NCBI GenBank assembly: GCA_040954595.2
Contig: CM082592.2
Coordinates: 1,798,001-1,862,000, forward strand
Direction of reading: 5' to 3'
Origin: Balanoglossus misakiensis
Lineage: Eukaryota; Animalia; Hemichordata
DNA: 64,000 nucleotides
The position numbers were made by a program, and so were the translations under genes. Each line of letters starts with the position of its first letter. Position 1 is the first letter of the stretch. The notes below the pieces were generated by a model. It was not told the origin of the DNA. It made no database searches and was given only the letters and a program-made list of their open reading frames with translations. Positions 39,111-53,600 of the stretch are shown here, one piece after another.

Positions 39111-39425
39111 TATTCACAGATACTTTTAAGCGTAATTCTGATATAATTGATAGGTTTAGGGTCCGGGTATATTTTACAACCGATAACTAAAGCAAAAGGA
39201 CTAATTCCTATATTCTGAATCAAGTGAATGCAATGTAGACGGCGAAAGGACGTGACAAGACTCGAATCTGAATCAGAATATAAGTTTAGTGTTGGAAGTG
39301 AATCGTGAATCCAAGTTCACCGCTGAATCTTGGGCCGTGGAACGTGAAACGTGAATCTTGAAACTTGAAACGTGAATCTTGAATAGGCTAACCGGCCTGA
39401 GCGCGTCTGACGTCATTTGATATCG

Positions 39426-41603
39426 ATTATATTATATCATGCTACCATGCTACCGTACGCGATTCTGATTGGACGAGAGCTGACACCAGCCATGGTAAAA
39501 TACTGTTTTACCATGGCTAGCAATGGTAAAACGGGCCCCTGAACTAGCATAGTACGAATGCCCTGCGACTAGTCATGTCACTTTTTGTCGTCTGCTACAA
39601 CTATGGCTTCGTACACGGAAGAGCTTACGGAAGACGATTTTTTAAATGAGACTGCCGAATTGGAAAGAAAAATCCCGTCCCGGTTTGCAAGTTTTGGAGA
39701 GGAAGAGCTTGACAAAATCGAAATTCTTAAAGACGAGAAAGCGACGACAAAACAGAGAGTTTGGGGAGTGAAAATACTAAAAGGTGAGTAGGCTATGTAC
39801 GTTATGTGTACGAGTATGCATATCAGACGATACCCCAAGCTAAAAAAAATCCCAAATTACAAGGATGTTGCACTATAATTATTTCTATGTCCATCTTTTT
39901 CTGCAGAACGGCTAGCAGAAAAGGGATTAGACCCGGAATTTGAAAAACAACAACCTGAAGATTTGGCGGCGATGCTACGTCGATTCTATGCCGAGGCACG
40001 AACCAAACACGGCGAGAGATACGGCAAATCTGCCCTCAGCGGGTTACGTGCAGCGATCAACCGGCATTTAAACTCGCCAGCTTTCCACCGAAATATAAAC
40101 ATAATCCGTGACCAAGAGTTTAAAGCTGCAAACAACATCTTCAAGGCACTTATAAAACAGCTTAAATCAGAAGGCCTTGATAGGGTACAGCACAAACAAC
40201 CTATAACGCGGGCGGACTTGTTAAAACTAGTGAGTAGCGGCGTCCTTTCCGTCAACAACCCACTGTCGTTGTTGCGGAAAGTTTGGTTCGATTTAACCCT
40301 CCATTTTGCTAGGAGGGGTCGCGAAGGTTTCCGATCTATGAAGAGGGAAAGCTACAGAGTTGTAGAACGTGGTGACACGAAATTTGTAGAGTTCTCGATA
40401 TCGGAGAAAACCAAAAATCACTCCGACGACAACTACGAGACACAGGCCAAAATGCATGCAACCGGTGGCGTAAATTGCCCTGTAGCCGCGTTTGAACTGT
40501 ATCTCTCTAAGCTCAATCCGAAGCAGTCAGCTTTATTCCACCGACCAAAGTCTGACATTGAATACACAGATAATATATGGTTTTGCAACTCACCTCTCGG
40601 CGAAAACAAACTTGGATCTATGATGAAAGAAATATCCGAAGCAGCAAATTTGAGTCAAATGTATACAAACCACTGTATCAGGGCAACTTGCACTCTGCTT
40701 GATTCGGCGGGAGTCGAGACGCGACACATAATGTACTTCACTGCTCACAAAAATGAAGCTAGTGTTCGTTCGTACACAAATAAGTTAACACTTCCACAGA
40801 GCAAAGGTATGTCAGATATCCTTTCTGAAAGTTTGGGTTATACCAGGCCAAATATTTCCACCATTGTTGACATCGGACCTGAAGCTCCAACACCCTTTGC
40901 CACGGCTGACATCCGATGCAACGACGATCAGTATCAGCGTCCCGCTCTCTCTGAATCGAGCAACACGCAACTAACGTTCAATCATAGATCAAGTCATGCT
41001 GCTTCTGGATTATTTCAAAATTGTACGTTTTCTGGTCCTGTTAATGTTCAAATTGTTCACGATAAGTAGCGTACGGTGGACGAGGGTGCGCCGCAACGCA
41101 ACGTACTTGACTCTAGCTTTAAATTGATACTTTGTTTGATAACGGGCTTTGATTTGACCTCTTGCCCCATTTCTTGTTCATGTGTTGCTATTTTTCGACA
41201 AGTTATCGTTTTGAACTCTATGTAAATAAAGTTATTTGTCAATGCAATGCAGTGTAATGTGTTTTGTACGGTTGTATTCATGCAGTGTGTGTGCCGGGTA
41301 CGCTGTGTGTTGGCGATGTGACAGGTATAAATATGCTCGGTCCCAGGTCCAATATTTCTGACGATGTATTTCTCGAAGCTGTGACTTGCTTTTTCAGGCG
41401 TAAAATAACCGGAGAATCGGATTACAACGGTATAGACACATATTTTGATATAATATAATAGCAATAACCCCCGCCGAAGTCGGGTATACACTCGATTTTG
41501 GTACAATTCGCTCCATATAGCACTCGCCTATCGGCTCATGCTATATGTCGCGAATTGTACCAAAATCTCGTGTATACCCGCCTTCGGCGGGGGTTATTGC
41601 TTA
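39426..41603 (+). mobile_element. Autonomous Crypton-type tyrosine-recombinase element, copy 2
   Basis: Mirror of 35385-37557; terminal hairpin at 41460-41601. Confidence 0.88.
39603..41069 (+). CDS. Crypton-type tyrosine recombinase, 2 exons (39603-39783, 39907-41069), ~447 aa
   Basis: Intron 39784-39906 (gtgagt..ctgcag), same catalytic motifs as copy 1. Differs by a few substitutions and a one-codon deletion (RATAC to RATC). Confidence 0.9.
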
Positions 41604-44600
41604 AATAATTACTGCTTGTAACCAATCCGTGGTACATTTCGGCCAACCAATAAACCGATTTGCAACTTCAAAAAAGGAAATAGAAAAAATGCTAAATGTC
41701 AATTCTTCATCTTGATTATTAAATTTTAGGCCTATTTTCTAACTACATATTCTTCGTCTGAGATTGACAAATGGGAAATTGGTATATACTGCTGTGAGGA
41801 TGGCACTTTGCGGCCATTCAAATTTCCCTCCGACGAACGTCATTTCCAACAATGCACTATTTCCGTTTTCCCAATTTTCAATTTACCAAATATCTCTTTA
41901 TCCTAATGAAAGGGGGGGGGGGGCTGAAAATAGGCCTAAAATGTAATAATCAAGATGAAGAAACAATTTGAAAATTGACATTTAGCATTTTTTTCAATTT
42001 CCTTTTTTGAAGTTGCAAATCGGTTTATTGGTTGGCCGAAATGTGCCACGGATTGTAACCCTACCCATTTGCGGAAAGTAATCCCCAAAACAGAATACTT
42101 CGCCTGTCAAAACGCACGAAAGAAATTATTTTACAAAATCACAGAATGGCAATTGCGATTTGAGTGAAATTGCGATTTGAGTTGACTGAAATGTTGTTGA
42201 CTCTCACGAAATGCTGATTTGAGTCGAGTGAAATTTCGATTTGAGTTGAGTGAAATGGCGATTTGAATTTTGGCCCCATTTGAGCGCCATAATTGTACGC
42301 CTATCCCAGTTTTGGCTTATGCAAGCGACGTCCGGTGCTGCACGCATATCATCGTTCGACAACTTAGTTTGACCGGTTATTTAACGATTTGAACACTTGA
42401 CAGACGTAATTTGTATCAAAACCTTACAACTGCCCTGATTAGTTGATAAAAGTTGCGGCTGGCCGGCCGACTTCTTCCTCAAAATAAATATACGTTATGA
42501 ACGAGGATATATGGGCAAAGGTCAGTGTGACGTCATGAGGTTTGATTCTAGAACTCACGCGATGGATTTTGCTTGGTCGATGTACGTACAGCTACAAAAA
42601 TTTCAAAGGTGGGTAATTTTTAACAATATTGTGACCGTGTGTACGAGGTATTAAGAATAGTTGGCAAGTGCCTCTCAGAAAACTGGTCTTTTAAATATTG
42701 TCTTCGCAAAAAAACGACAACATTTATCAACAACATTTACTCCGCACGCGGTTTGACTTTGAAACAGACCCGGGCGGGAGGCGTTCACGATGTTTAATGT
42801 GTGTAATCGCGATCCTGTAATGGTTTTTGACTGTAGAAATATCCACAGACGCCGGCATCAATGTTGCGAAAACAGAGTTATGACTACAGTAAATAATGGA
42901 AATATGTACCTTCGTGCGTTTGAAGACGGAATTAGAAATAATCGGAATAATATTTAATTTCTCATGTGAACTCTTCACCCGGCCGGGGCTGATGCGACTT
43001 TGTAAAAAAAATGTGTTGGTCATTGTTGATTCTGTCATTATTCTAATGTATTTATTTTGAATTAACTTGTGTTCATCCAGGTAATCGTATGGATTTGTAT
43101 GGAATTACTTACACAATAATTCAAGACAGTTATATCCCAGAAGTCGAACCTCCATGTGTGTATTCAGTGAAAGGAACTTACAACATTATGTGATATGATT
43201 TGTGTATGTGCTTGGGATTCAATCATGCTGTGGAGATGGCCTGCAAACTTGGGTTGCATGGCGTTTCAGTGAGTATTATTTATGCTTTATGAAGTTTTGC
43301 CGTATAATTTGTGAGTCATTTCAAGTATTTGATGATCAAATTTTACAGTTACTCTGAGGTAACCATTTAAAACATGAATTCTACCAAATGAATGAATGTG
43401 CTTAGAATTCACAACTGTGAGAGAGTTTGCATAAGAAATTTTTCAGATGCATTTTTCTGATGGCAATGCATTTAACTGTAAACAAATATTGACGTCCATT
43501 CTTAGCGCTATTGTGTCAGTGAAATGGCTTCATCATTATTCCTCCAACCAAAGTTGAAACACAGCTTGAAATTATAAAATGTTGCAAAATTGAGCCAACA
43601 GTTCGGTCAACAATCACGTTCTTACAGCTATTATTAGAACCAGACTGTATGGGGGAACAAGAGACATGGGCCTGATTTGCAAGCCGAGTTGGAAATGATT
43701 TTGCCTGCCCACGGACCTACCAATTTCAGTGAATCTTATTGTATTTAAATATGAATATGGAGAACTATCCTCTGTATTCTGATTGTTAGCCTGCATACAT
43801 CATTAATGTACCTTGAGTGATTCTGGTTTCTTCCGTATCCTGTAAATGAGAATTTAGTCACCAAAACAGGCGCTTCTCGGATTCAGATACCAAAACCCGC
43901 ACTTCTCACAATTCAAAGACCTAATCAACTGGGCAACCAGGTCTGTCAAATTAATCTGATGCCTCTTACCGGCTGAAGGACCACCAGTTGCATTTTCACA
44001 TCGCATATAAACAAAAACCCAATTAAATTATGCAGTATAATTTTATTGACAATTCAAAAGTTTCATGACTGTTAGTGTTAATTACAATACCTAAATTTCC
44101 AAATATGAGAATGCAGTCCTTCAGCTCCAACTATTTCCTTAACTGCACCCTTTACCCACCAGTTACAGTCATCACGGGCCTCAACTTTACCACCTACCGA
44201 AAACTTGTAGTTTGCAATGTCCTGTTGTGTTCGCGAAACTGCCAATAAGATGTTAATTACAATCTTTCCTTCCAAGTCACCTACCCAATTATTTCAAAGG
44301 TGGTTATCAAGATGGCCAGAACAGCCAATTTTAACCAACCAGCTTCAAGAACCTGAGAAAAGGTGCTAAAAGCATGCAATAGATATATTGACGAGATAAA
44401 CATTGGGAACAATAGGATTATTTAAGGGAGGTGTGACTGGTCCAACCTGCTCAGTTTTAGTGTGGGGCACGGCTGGAATGACTGCAAAGACCTAATTGAC
44501 CGGGCAACTGGGTCTGTCGAATTAATCTGATGCCTCTTACTGGTCGAAGGATCACCAGTTGCATTTTCACATTGCATATAAATAGAAACCCAATTAAATT

Positions 44601-47600
44601 ATGCTGTATGATTTTATTGACAATTCTAAAGTTTCATGACTGTTAGTGTTAATTACAATACCTAAATTTCCAAATATAAGAATGCTGTCAGTTTTCATGT
44701 GATTGATATTAATTTTACATTTTCAAAATTTGCTTCTCTGAATGATTATCATCAAACTCCTGTTATATCAAATGTCTTGATACAACATTTGATTGCCCCA
44801 TTTTTTGCTCATGCTTTCTAACCAGTCAGTTGCTTCTGTTTGGATGGATGGTTTGATGTCCGTCCACATCAAAAACTTGAAAACCACTTCGCGTATCCAG
44901 GCCTCGAGCTTAAAGGCACGTAAGCTGCAACTGGATAAAAAATTAAAGTTTTAAATAATCTCATATATGCTTTTAATTATGTCTATTAAATGATATTTCA
45001 TGATAATATATCAATTTTTGAAGCTCAACTCTTTTTTATGACAAAATGGCCAAAAATTAAAGAAAAACGAAAATTCCTGCAATTTTAAAAAAAGTGCAAT
45101 ATTGCAATGAAAAATGAAAATCTGATGTCTCAGTGGTGTACATTTACTTCCATGAGCTCAAGTGGATGAGATCATGTTTTGTTTATGAAGTTACACAACC
45201 GGAAATGCAACATTTTCATTGTTTCTTGCATTTTCCCACGGTGGCGGCCATAATCGCTTGCGGCAAAGCTTTATTATTTATCTGGTTAAAACTTGCATAT
45301 GCACTCATATTTAGGGTTTATAATGCTCGTGTATAGTTCACTGCCTTCATCTGTATGGACTAATGGTAGTGCAATTTGAAACAAAAATTATGAAAATTAT
45401 CCCAAAAGTTACAGCTTACGTGCCTTTAAAGGTATACGGTCACCTATGGAAATTTAGCTACAGTTACCATTTGTAAACTTGAGATCTAGCCAATCGCTGA
45501 TTTTCACTGGATGGCACACGCGAAAAAAAGAGCGCCATCATATGTTCTTTGGAACGCTCAAATACGCCATTTCAGCCAAATATGGGCGTATGTAAATGGG
45601 AGGTGACTGTATACCTTTAATGCCGGCCCACCGGTTCTATGAGCGATGTTTGCAATGGCTTGTTTGTGCCCCTCAGATAACGCATGGCTCGATAAAACTC
45701 CTTTTCATGTTGGTACACCAAGTTACGAAAGGACCTGCTGCATATTTTGTGTACTTATCAAGAATTCCAGACTGTCGCTTGTTAACAACCAGCGGACGTA
45801 CACACTACACACTGCAAGACTGGCAGAACATTTTGGAGATGTGTTCATCACGCTTACCGGGATCGTGTATTAGCCATGGAAAATCTTTTTCCCAAGCCTC
45901 TTGAAACTTCCTTTCCCATTTCTGTGCATCGAAGACTTTGTTTGCAGCACAGCGATCTTCTGTTGATCGCTTCTTTTTCGCTGCTGGTGCCTCAATATTT
46001 AAATATATGTACATGTTTGACTCACGCATAAAGCCCATCAAAACAAGGAATCCATTTTGAATAAACGAGATCTCGAATCTACCACCAATGCATAACATAT
46101 GGGGATGTAGACTAGCGCCACCACTCTCGCAAGTCGCCAGAGATGCTTAGCTTTAATGGCTTTCGCCAAGTTGATTTTGCTGATCGATCTGTTCAGTTTT
46201 CATTTTATCTAAATTTTGGGCTTTGATTATTTGAGAATTTAGCAGTATAGGGTCAGAAACTTAAAAATTGCCACCCCCCCTCTCTATTAACAGCAGGACA
46301 TTGGGTCTGCTTCTTTATCAAATTAAGTGGGAAAGGAAAGACAATGACACTGTCAGGAGTCTACTACCTCCATGATGAACCAGAGAGCAATGACTATTTT
46401 AATTTATTTCAAATACTATGTTTACAACTGCTGTGCTCCCATTAACTGGGGAAAGTATATGATTGAACTGTCTGTTTGAATAATTCATGTATTTCGCTAT
46501 GTGACCCGGATTTTGTGATTTTCTGATAGATTGATACAAAGACAGTTCTTTGCTTACTGATAATTTATTGAAAGTGCTGCTCTTCCAATGACTGTCCAGT
46601 ACGTATTTGCATAATGTGAACCTTGACCAGGTGTACAGGGCCCTCATGAAGCAAAGAGATACAACCCTTCTCTTTGCTAAACTTGGCTGCTATGAGTAGG
46701 TTTGTAACTTTTTGTTAAAAGTGTTCAATCGTTGACATCCACTTCTATTATTGAGATGAAATGATGTATTAGTGTCTCAAGAACAGTCAACTGTAATAAT
46801 TTGGAAGAATGTTTCATGTTTTTGTGAGTTTTTCAAGCTTTTATTCAGAGTTGATGAAAGTACAAATACAATGAACAGTTGCATGTGTTACAGTGTACTG
46901 CCATGGTCAAACAATACTTGGACATTCAGTTATTGTTATCGCCTGTTGGAAATATGTGGATATTGGACTCCAACAGTATTTCATGTGCTGTAGTATTTTC
47001 TGCTATGTATGCTTTGTACATATTTTTTGGTTTTGTGAATTAGTATTTTAATGCTCATTTCTCCCTTTGCTAACTTGGCACCTACAATACTATAGTCAGT
47101 ACATAACAGGATATACTTCAAAAGGGAAAACTTTTCATCAAAACATTTCAGCTGATCCTGAATGCTGATATTTGTTTTAAAAATGAATTTATCTCATAAC
47201 TTCTACTGGTGCACCATTTTTTTTCTTTTAAAATGCATCTCTCATACATTGCACTGGTGTGATTTGATATAAATACACAATGAATTCCATCACCATTTAA
47301 TATAGCAGTATAACACAGGATACTAAATCTGAGATGTTTTAGGATGTTTTGAACTAATCAGTAACCATTTTCTAAAACTTATAGATCTGAAACTGAAATT
47401 CTGAATTTGGTCAGCCCTGGGAAATATATTGTGTGAGGCCATTTTTAATTCCAAAAATTAAAACGGTTTAATATTAGAGCCCTTGGTAGAAGGTTACATA
47501 GTACCACACATGTAAATGACGTTCTGCACTGAAAAAAAAGTGAACTTGGCATGGGTAGGTAAAAAAAATGGGCAAAAAAAAGTTTGAGGCCTAGTATCAC

Positions 47601-50600
47601 CTGAATATTTGGTGGGTAGGTGCAGGCCGGTCTGTATACGGTTCAAATGAAGTTACCTGGTAAAATGTTAAATTGATCAAAATTCAGAAACTCAACAACT
47701 GGTCAGATTACTTTAAACATTTGTATGCATGTAGCTTATGTCATGCCCGATATACTTTGAGCTAATATCGTGAATTGTGGCAACTTTTCATTTGGGGGCA
47801 ATTTTTGCCATTTTATGGGATCGGTTGCGTCTGTATGTATGGGTGGATGGATGTATGTCTGTATGTCCGTCCACATCAAAAACTTGAAAACCGCTGCGTG
47901 TATCACATTGATATTTGATGTGCAGATGCAGGCTGGGCTGTAGATGGGAGTTTGATCAAATCAAGTTGTCATTGCCGAAAATATGCTAATTAGCTGGAAA
48001 CATGAATTGGTCAAAACTCAGTAACTAAAGAACTACTGGTCAGATTGCTTTGCAAAGTGGTGTGTATTTACTTGATTGAGTTGTTTTAATTAGGCAGGAA
48101 GCCCCCTCAGTGTGATTTATGTATACACAGCAAATTCCTGAATGATTACAAAACTGGGTAAGTTTATAAAGAGGCCAGCTGTTCTATTTAGTGTATGTAT
48201 GTAGTACATATGCCATTGGCAGCTCTTTGGTCAGTCAGTGCTTGCCCATTGATCTCTCGTTATATGTGTGTGTGTGTGTGTCTGTCTGTCTGTATTTGGC
48301 CATGTACTCCGGTGTAGACTTTTTCTTGTGTAATACCTCAATGGGACCACTGTGTCCTTGACACGATTTTTGGCCAAAAATCATTTTCTCTGAGACTCCT
48401 TGCTAGATTGCTTTTAAAGTTTGGTATTCTTGTTCCAAGTGGTAAAGTGGTAACCCTCGTAATGTTGCATCATTTTGGTGAAATTTGTACATTTGTGGTC
48501 TTGAGGCAATTTTTGGAATTTATATTCTGTGAAACCTCTTGTCAGATTGCTTCCAACTTTGGTTGGCATGTTCCTGGTGGTGATTGAAGTAAGATATTGT
48601 ACAATTTGTTGATATTGAATTTTTGTGGTTTGAGGCAGTTTTTGTCATTGTTGAACACATATTATTTTTGCTGAAAATACTTGTCAGATTCCTTTGAAAT
48701 TTTATTACAGTAGGTCATATCTGCTTGCCAATGTCAGTTGTGATTTTTTTTTCGTGTACACAACTAATTTTGTGTAATCCCCAGATGGGTCCACAGTGTG
48801 TTATAACCTGACCAATATTTACTGGTAAATCCTGTATGTTCTACTTCTGGCAACTTTGAAATATGTTGATGTTTGGGTTAAATGGGATTCTTCACAAACA
48901 TACAATACAGAGTGTGTGGTACAGTCCATGGTCACATTCAGAACTACCTAGTCTATATCTGTATGATTTGCTTCCAAAACTAACACCTAGAGTCATGCAT
49001 ACCATTGGCCAAATAAACTGGAACCCCTAGCTGGGAATAGTGATGTAAGTAGTGTCCCTTTGAAGTCAATCGCATAAACTGAACAGTGTTGATTAAAGTG
49101 TAAGATAAAAAAAATAGATTATAGTGAAGGCAAGGCTTATATCATTGAAAATGCTACAAGCCTTAAGGTGGCATTGCATGAAACCGTCGAGACTTTTTCA
49201 GAGGCCTATTTCTCATCAAAGACAACGTTAAAACCCCCATAAACCATATATATTCTGGAAGCCGAGTTTTTGAACTTTTGTTTGCATTGCAAATATTATT
49301 GATCCCTGGAAATGGTGGCGATTTTGGGTTAAAAAAACCCATTTTTTGATATTATGTCATAAAATTTAAAATAGGTAAAAAAGTTGACCATGCATCATGC
49401 ATCTTTATATGTCATTCGAAACTTGAGTACACGTGCAAAACAACGGTAATTTTGTTTTGCGTTATCTGCTTCCATTGAGGAGTAACAGCGTTTGAAAGTT
49501 AGATTTTTAGTAAAATTTGATCAAATTCACGGTGAGTTGTATTGAATCAGAGTTTATTCCCGCCAGAGACAATTTATCGACTAACAAAAATACCGTTTTG
49601 TTGGCTGGGTCATACACAATCCCCAGTTAAAATTTGAGCAAATTCGGCCAAGGCAGAGCGAAGCTATTTTCGTCTGAAGTTGTCAAGAACAGCGAAAATG
49701 CAAACTGAGAAAAACGGCCATTTGCATTGTTGACACCTATTTGTTAAGCTGTGAACTCATTCAGAAAAGTGCTATTTTGGGGTGATTATGCACCATTTCC
49801 GCCAAGACGTATTAGTCAGGATGTGGGTCAGTATTAGGCATACCGATTTATGTAAAAAAGTAAAATTTGGCAAAAATCACAACTATTCATGCAATGCCAC
49901 CTTAATTACACATATGTATATATCCTTTGTGTAATCCATACCGTACCATAGACTTGCATAGTACTTTGATGGTGAATCACAAATGGCCACTTTCATTACA
50001 CTACCTCAATCAGTCAATTAGCTGTAATAAGACAAACATTCCCAGTGTAATTTACATCACTGTTGTTATTAGTATCTATCGCCAATCAGTATCAATTATG
50101 CCTTTATGTTATTTTAAGTCAATTGTCAAGGTTCATGTACATATCTTACAACTTAACTATCTTGTCAAAAACTTCCGCATGTATATGTACAATGTACCTA
50201 ATTCTAGGCTCACCAGTAGGGTTAGAGATAAAGTGTTTTATATTAACATGCATTAATATGAAACTAGAATTTGATGGTTAATTTAGGACTCCCTTGATCT
50301 ATGGTGACCTCATAAATATGTGCATATCTAATTCTAGGCTATCCATTGGAGGTAGAAACCTGGACATGGCAAACTTTGGGGTCAAAATCTTTTGACAAAC
50401 TCCTGGGTAATCTTGGGTAAACTTTGCCCTACATTCCTATATTTTGGGATCCGGAGCAGATACATCCGTGACACTTGGACTGATGGAAATATGTAATGGA
50501 CTATTATGTCTTACTTCATTAATTTTGTGCACTCATGCCAGGCTAACCAAAATGGCTGAAAGTCTGGCTTTTGTTTGACATAATGAATTTGAGATCAGCA

Positions 50601-53600
50601 TTTTCCTACAGCAGCCATGCTTCACTTAGAAAAGAATGGAAAATATAAAGGCTTAAATGGTAGGCTGAACTTTTTACTTCCCTTCCCTGAGACTGTGTGC
50701 CAATGACGGGATAGCCTACTCAGCGTTGGGTAGATCCTAAGAAGGCCTCAGCCAGGTTTCAAATAAAAAGAAAGCGGAAATAGCTTGAATGGTGGGTTAC
50801 ATCGTTAACTTCCCTGCAGAGCTGATTTCTCAGACTGTGAGCCAATGACGGGTAAAGCCTCTAGGTAGGGGCCACCTAAGACAGGCCAGTCATGCTTTAA
50901 TTACAAAGAAGGGCAAGTTCAGTCTTACCACAACTTTGTCTGCTGTATATGCTTCATAAAGAATGCATAGTATTTTGAGAACACATTGTGTGACCATGTA
51001 AAAAGTACTGGCAAACATAGCCATAGTGGTATGAAAAAACATCTAATGTGGCTTAATAAAAGACATATAAAACACAGCAAAAGCACTGTGACTAAAAGAG
51101 ACATAATACTCCATTACATAGTTGCATCACTCCAAATGTCAAGGATGTATCAGCTTTGGATGCCAAGATATAGGAATGTATGTCAAAGTTTACCCAGATC
51201 ACCCAAAATTTTGTCATCAAATTTGGACCCCAAAATTGTCCCCGTTTAGGGATCTACCTCAACTGGATAGCTTAGAATTATATATGCACATATTTAATGA
51301 TGTTACCATAGATCAAGGCAGTCCTAAATTAACCATCAAATTCTAGTTTCATGTTAATTCATGTTAATATGAAACACTGTATCTCTAACCCTTCTGGTAA
51401 GCCATTCGGTGTTTCATACTACCCAATATGGGAGTGTAGGTAAAAAGTCACCGCAAAGTCATTTGTAATTTTGCTTACAGAAATCTGGTCCCTGACATTT
51501 GGTAAAGGGGTCGAGAATTGTTGTCCCAGAGTAGAACATATTCTTGAAAAAAAGTTTGAGGGGAAGAAGGAAGTGTTTCATTTTAAACTTAAGTGCTTCA
51601 AATAGTAGAGAGGTTCTCATGTTATTTCAATAAAACCTTAATGTCATCATTATATCTTTAGACTCAAACTCAAAGTTGCCAATCTTTCATTATTTTCATG
51701 ATTTAACTTTCGATCTTAGATTGCTCAATCTAAATAAGCTTAACTGATAGATATACATGAACATGTTATGGACAAATGAATGTGGCTGTATGTTGCAATA
51801 TAAAGAAGTTAGATATTAAACGAGTTCCTCGCTGTTTTAATCAACCCCCATATGAAGGGTATACAACTATTGTGGTATGCATCGGCAAGAGATGACAAAG
51901 CCATGCATATACAAGCAATATGGCTCAGTGGGAATTTTTTTACCAAGAAAAAAAGACTTCTAAAATTTGGCATCTTGTGAGCCTGTAGTTGTAAAATCTT
52001 TAAAAAGTGTTTTACTCTTTGGGTCCCATTTCGTATACCATTGGGACCCATGTGAAATTGTTCAAAACTCAGAAACATAAGAAGGTGCTGGTCAGATTGC
52101 TTTAGAAATTGGTGTGTACATTGTATTTTATTGAGACCTTATACAGATTATTTTCATTTTTTGAAGTATATTTTTGGAGCGATTTTTGCCTTTTTGGCCA
52201 AATACTCGGAAACCTTTACCCGTATTTTTTTTTTAATTTGGTTTCCAGGTTCCTAGGTGTGTTTTCAAGAATATTTAGAAAACCCTTTGATGGAAGTGTC
52301 GATATTCTTTTTTGTTGGCAAATTTTGCCATTTTTCTGTGATTGCTTTTCAACTTTGTTTGCAGTTTCAAGGGGAATTCTTACTGTGATATATATGAAAA
52401 GTCTGCTGAAAATATTGTATTTTTGGGGCACGTTTTCGAAATTGAATGTTGATAAAAAAACTAACATTTTATCAGAATGTGCATGACTGATAAATTTAAA
52501 ATTTTAGTTGTAAGTTAATGATATGTTCTTCTTTAAAATTATAATGGAATTAAATCATAGCTCAATTTAGCTATATTATCTTATACCACAAATATGTTAT
52601 TATGGGTTAGGTTAGGTTCTGGGCAGGTACTGAACGCAGTCTTGTGAGCCTCTATATTCAGCTCCACTTCAGTCCATCCTTGGAGTAGTTTTGTCGGATC
52701 TGGTTTGCATGACGTAGGGTTCGGAGTAGTTGTATTTCATGGGCTGTTTTGCCAAAATTTTGTCAAGACGATTCTTGAAAGAGTTCACAGAGTTTGCGGT
52801 GACAACATGGTCTGGTAGATTGTTCCAAATTGCAGCTATCCTATTTGTGAAAAAAAAAAATCTTCTAGTGTTCATTTTGCAGTGTCCTATGTCAACTTTA
52901 AACGGATGACCTCTGGTGTGTTTGTGTGAACTGAGACTGAATAGTCCTTCTCATACACGGCAGTCATATACACCACTCAAGATTTTAAAAGTTTCAATGA
53001 GGTCACCACGTAGTCTTCAATATGTCAGAGATGGCAGATCAAGTAACTTGAGACGTTCTTCATAAGAAAGATTTTTGAGTCCAGGCAGTAGTTTGGTTGC
53101 TCTGCGTGAACGTTCTCAATACAGTCACAAGTCAATGTCCTATGCTTTATGTTACACACAACCGCCATATTCCAGAATAGGGCGAACTAAAGCTATAAAT
53201 AGTAGCTTGAAAATGTCGTTATTGAGATAGTTGAAAGTTCTCCTGATGAGTCCAACAATTTTATTGGCTATGTTCACTTGGGTTTGGATGCGCTTCTCAA
53301 AATTTGACGCCAATGTTTTTTTCATACTTGACAACTTCTAAAGTGGTATTTGTTCCATGTGGACGGCACATAGTGGAAAGGAGTAGTATTTGTTGACTTA
53401 TTTTTGCTGTGAATTGGTAAACTTTGCACTTGTCAGGGTGAAATTTGAGCAGCCAATCGTTGCTCCATTGGGATAGATGATTTAGGTCACTCTGGAGAAA
53501 TAACCCTTACATTGTTCTTTGCAATTAAGTAGGAACCCCCCACTGAAAATTGTATGTACACGTTGACTTCTCTATGTCTGTATACATGTCTATGTGTATG

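Noticed and set aside
35385-41603. A single composite element, DIRS retroelement or prophage integrase cassette
   Set aside because: No RT/RNase H, gag or phage genes; the gene has a spliceosomal intron; symmetry extends ~18 kb beyond the elements, so the pair results from the larger duplication.
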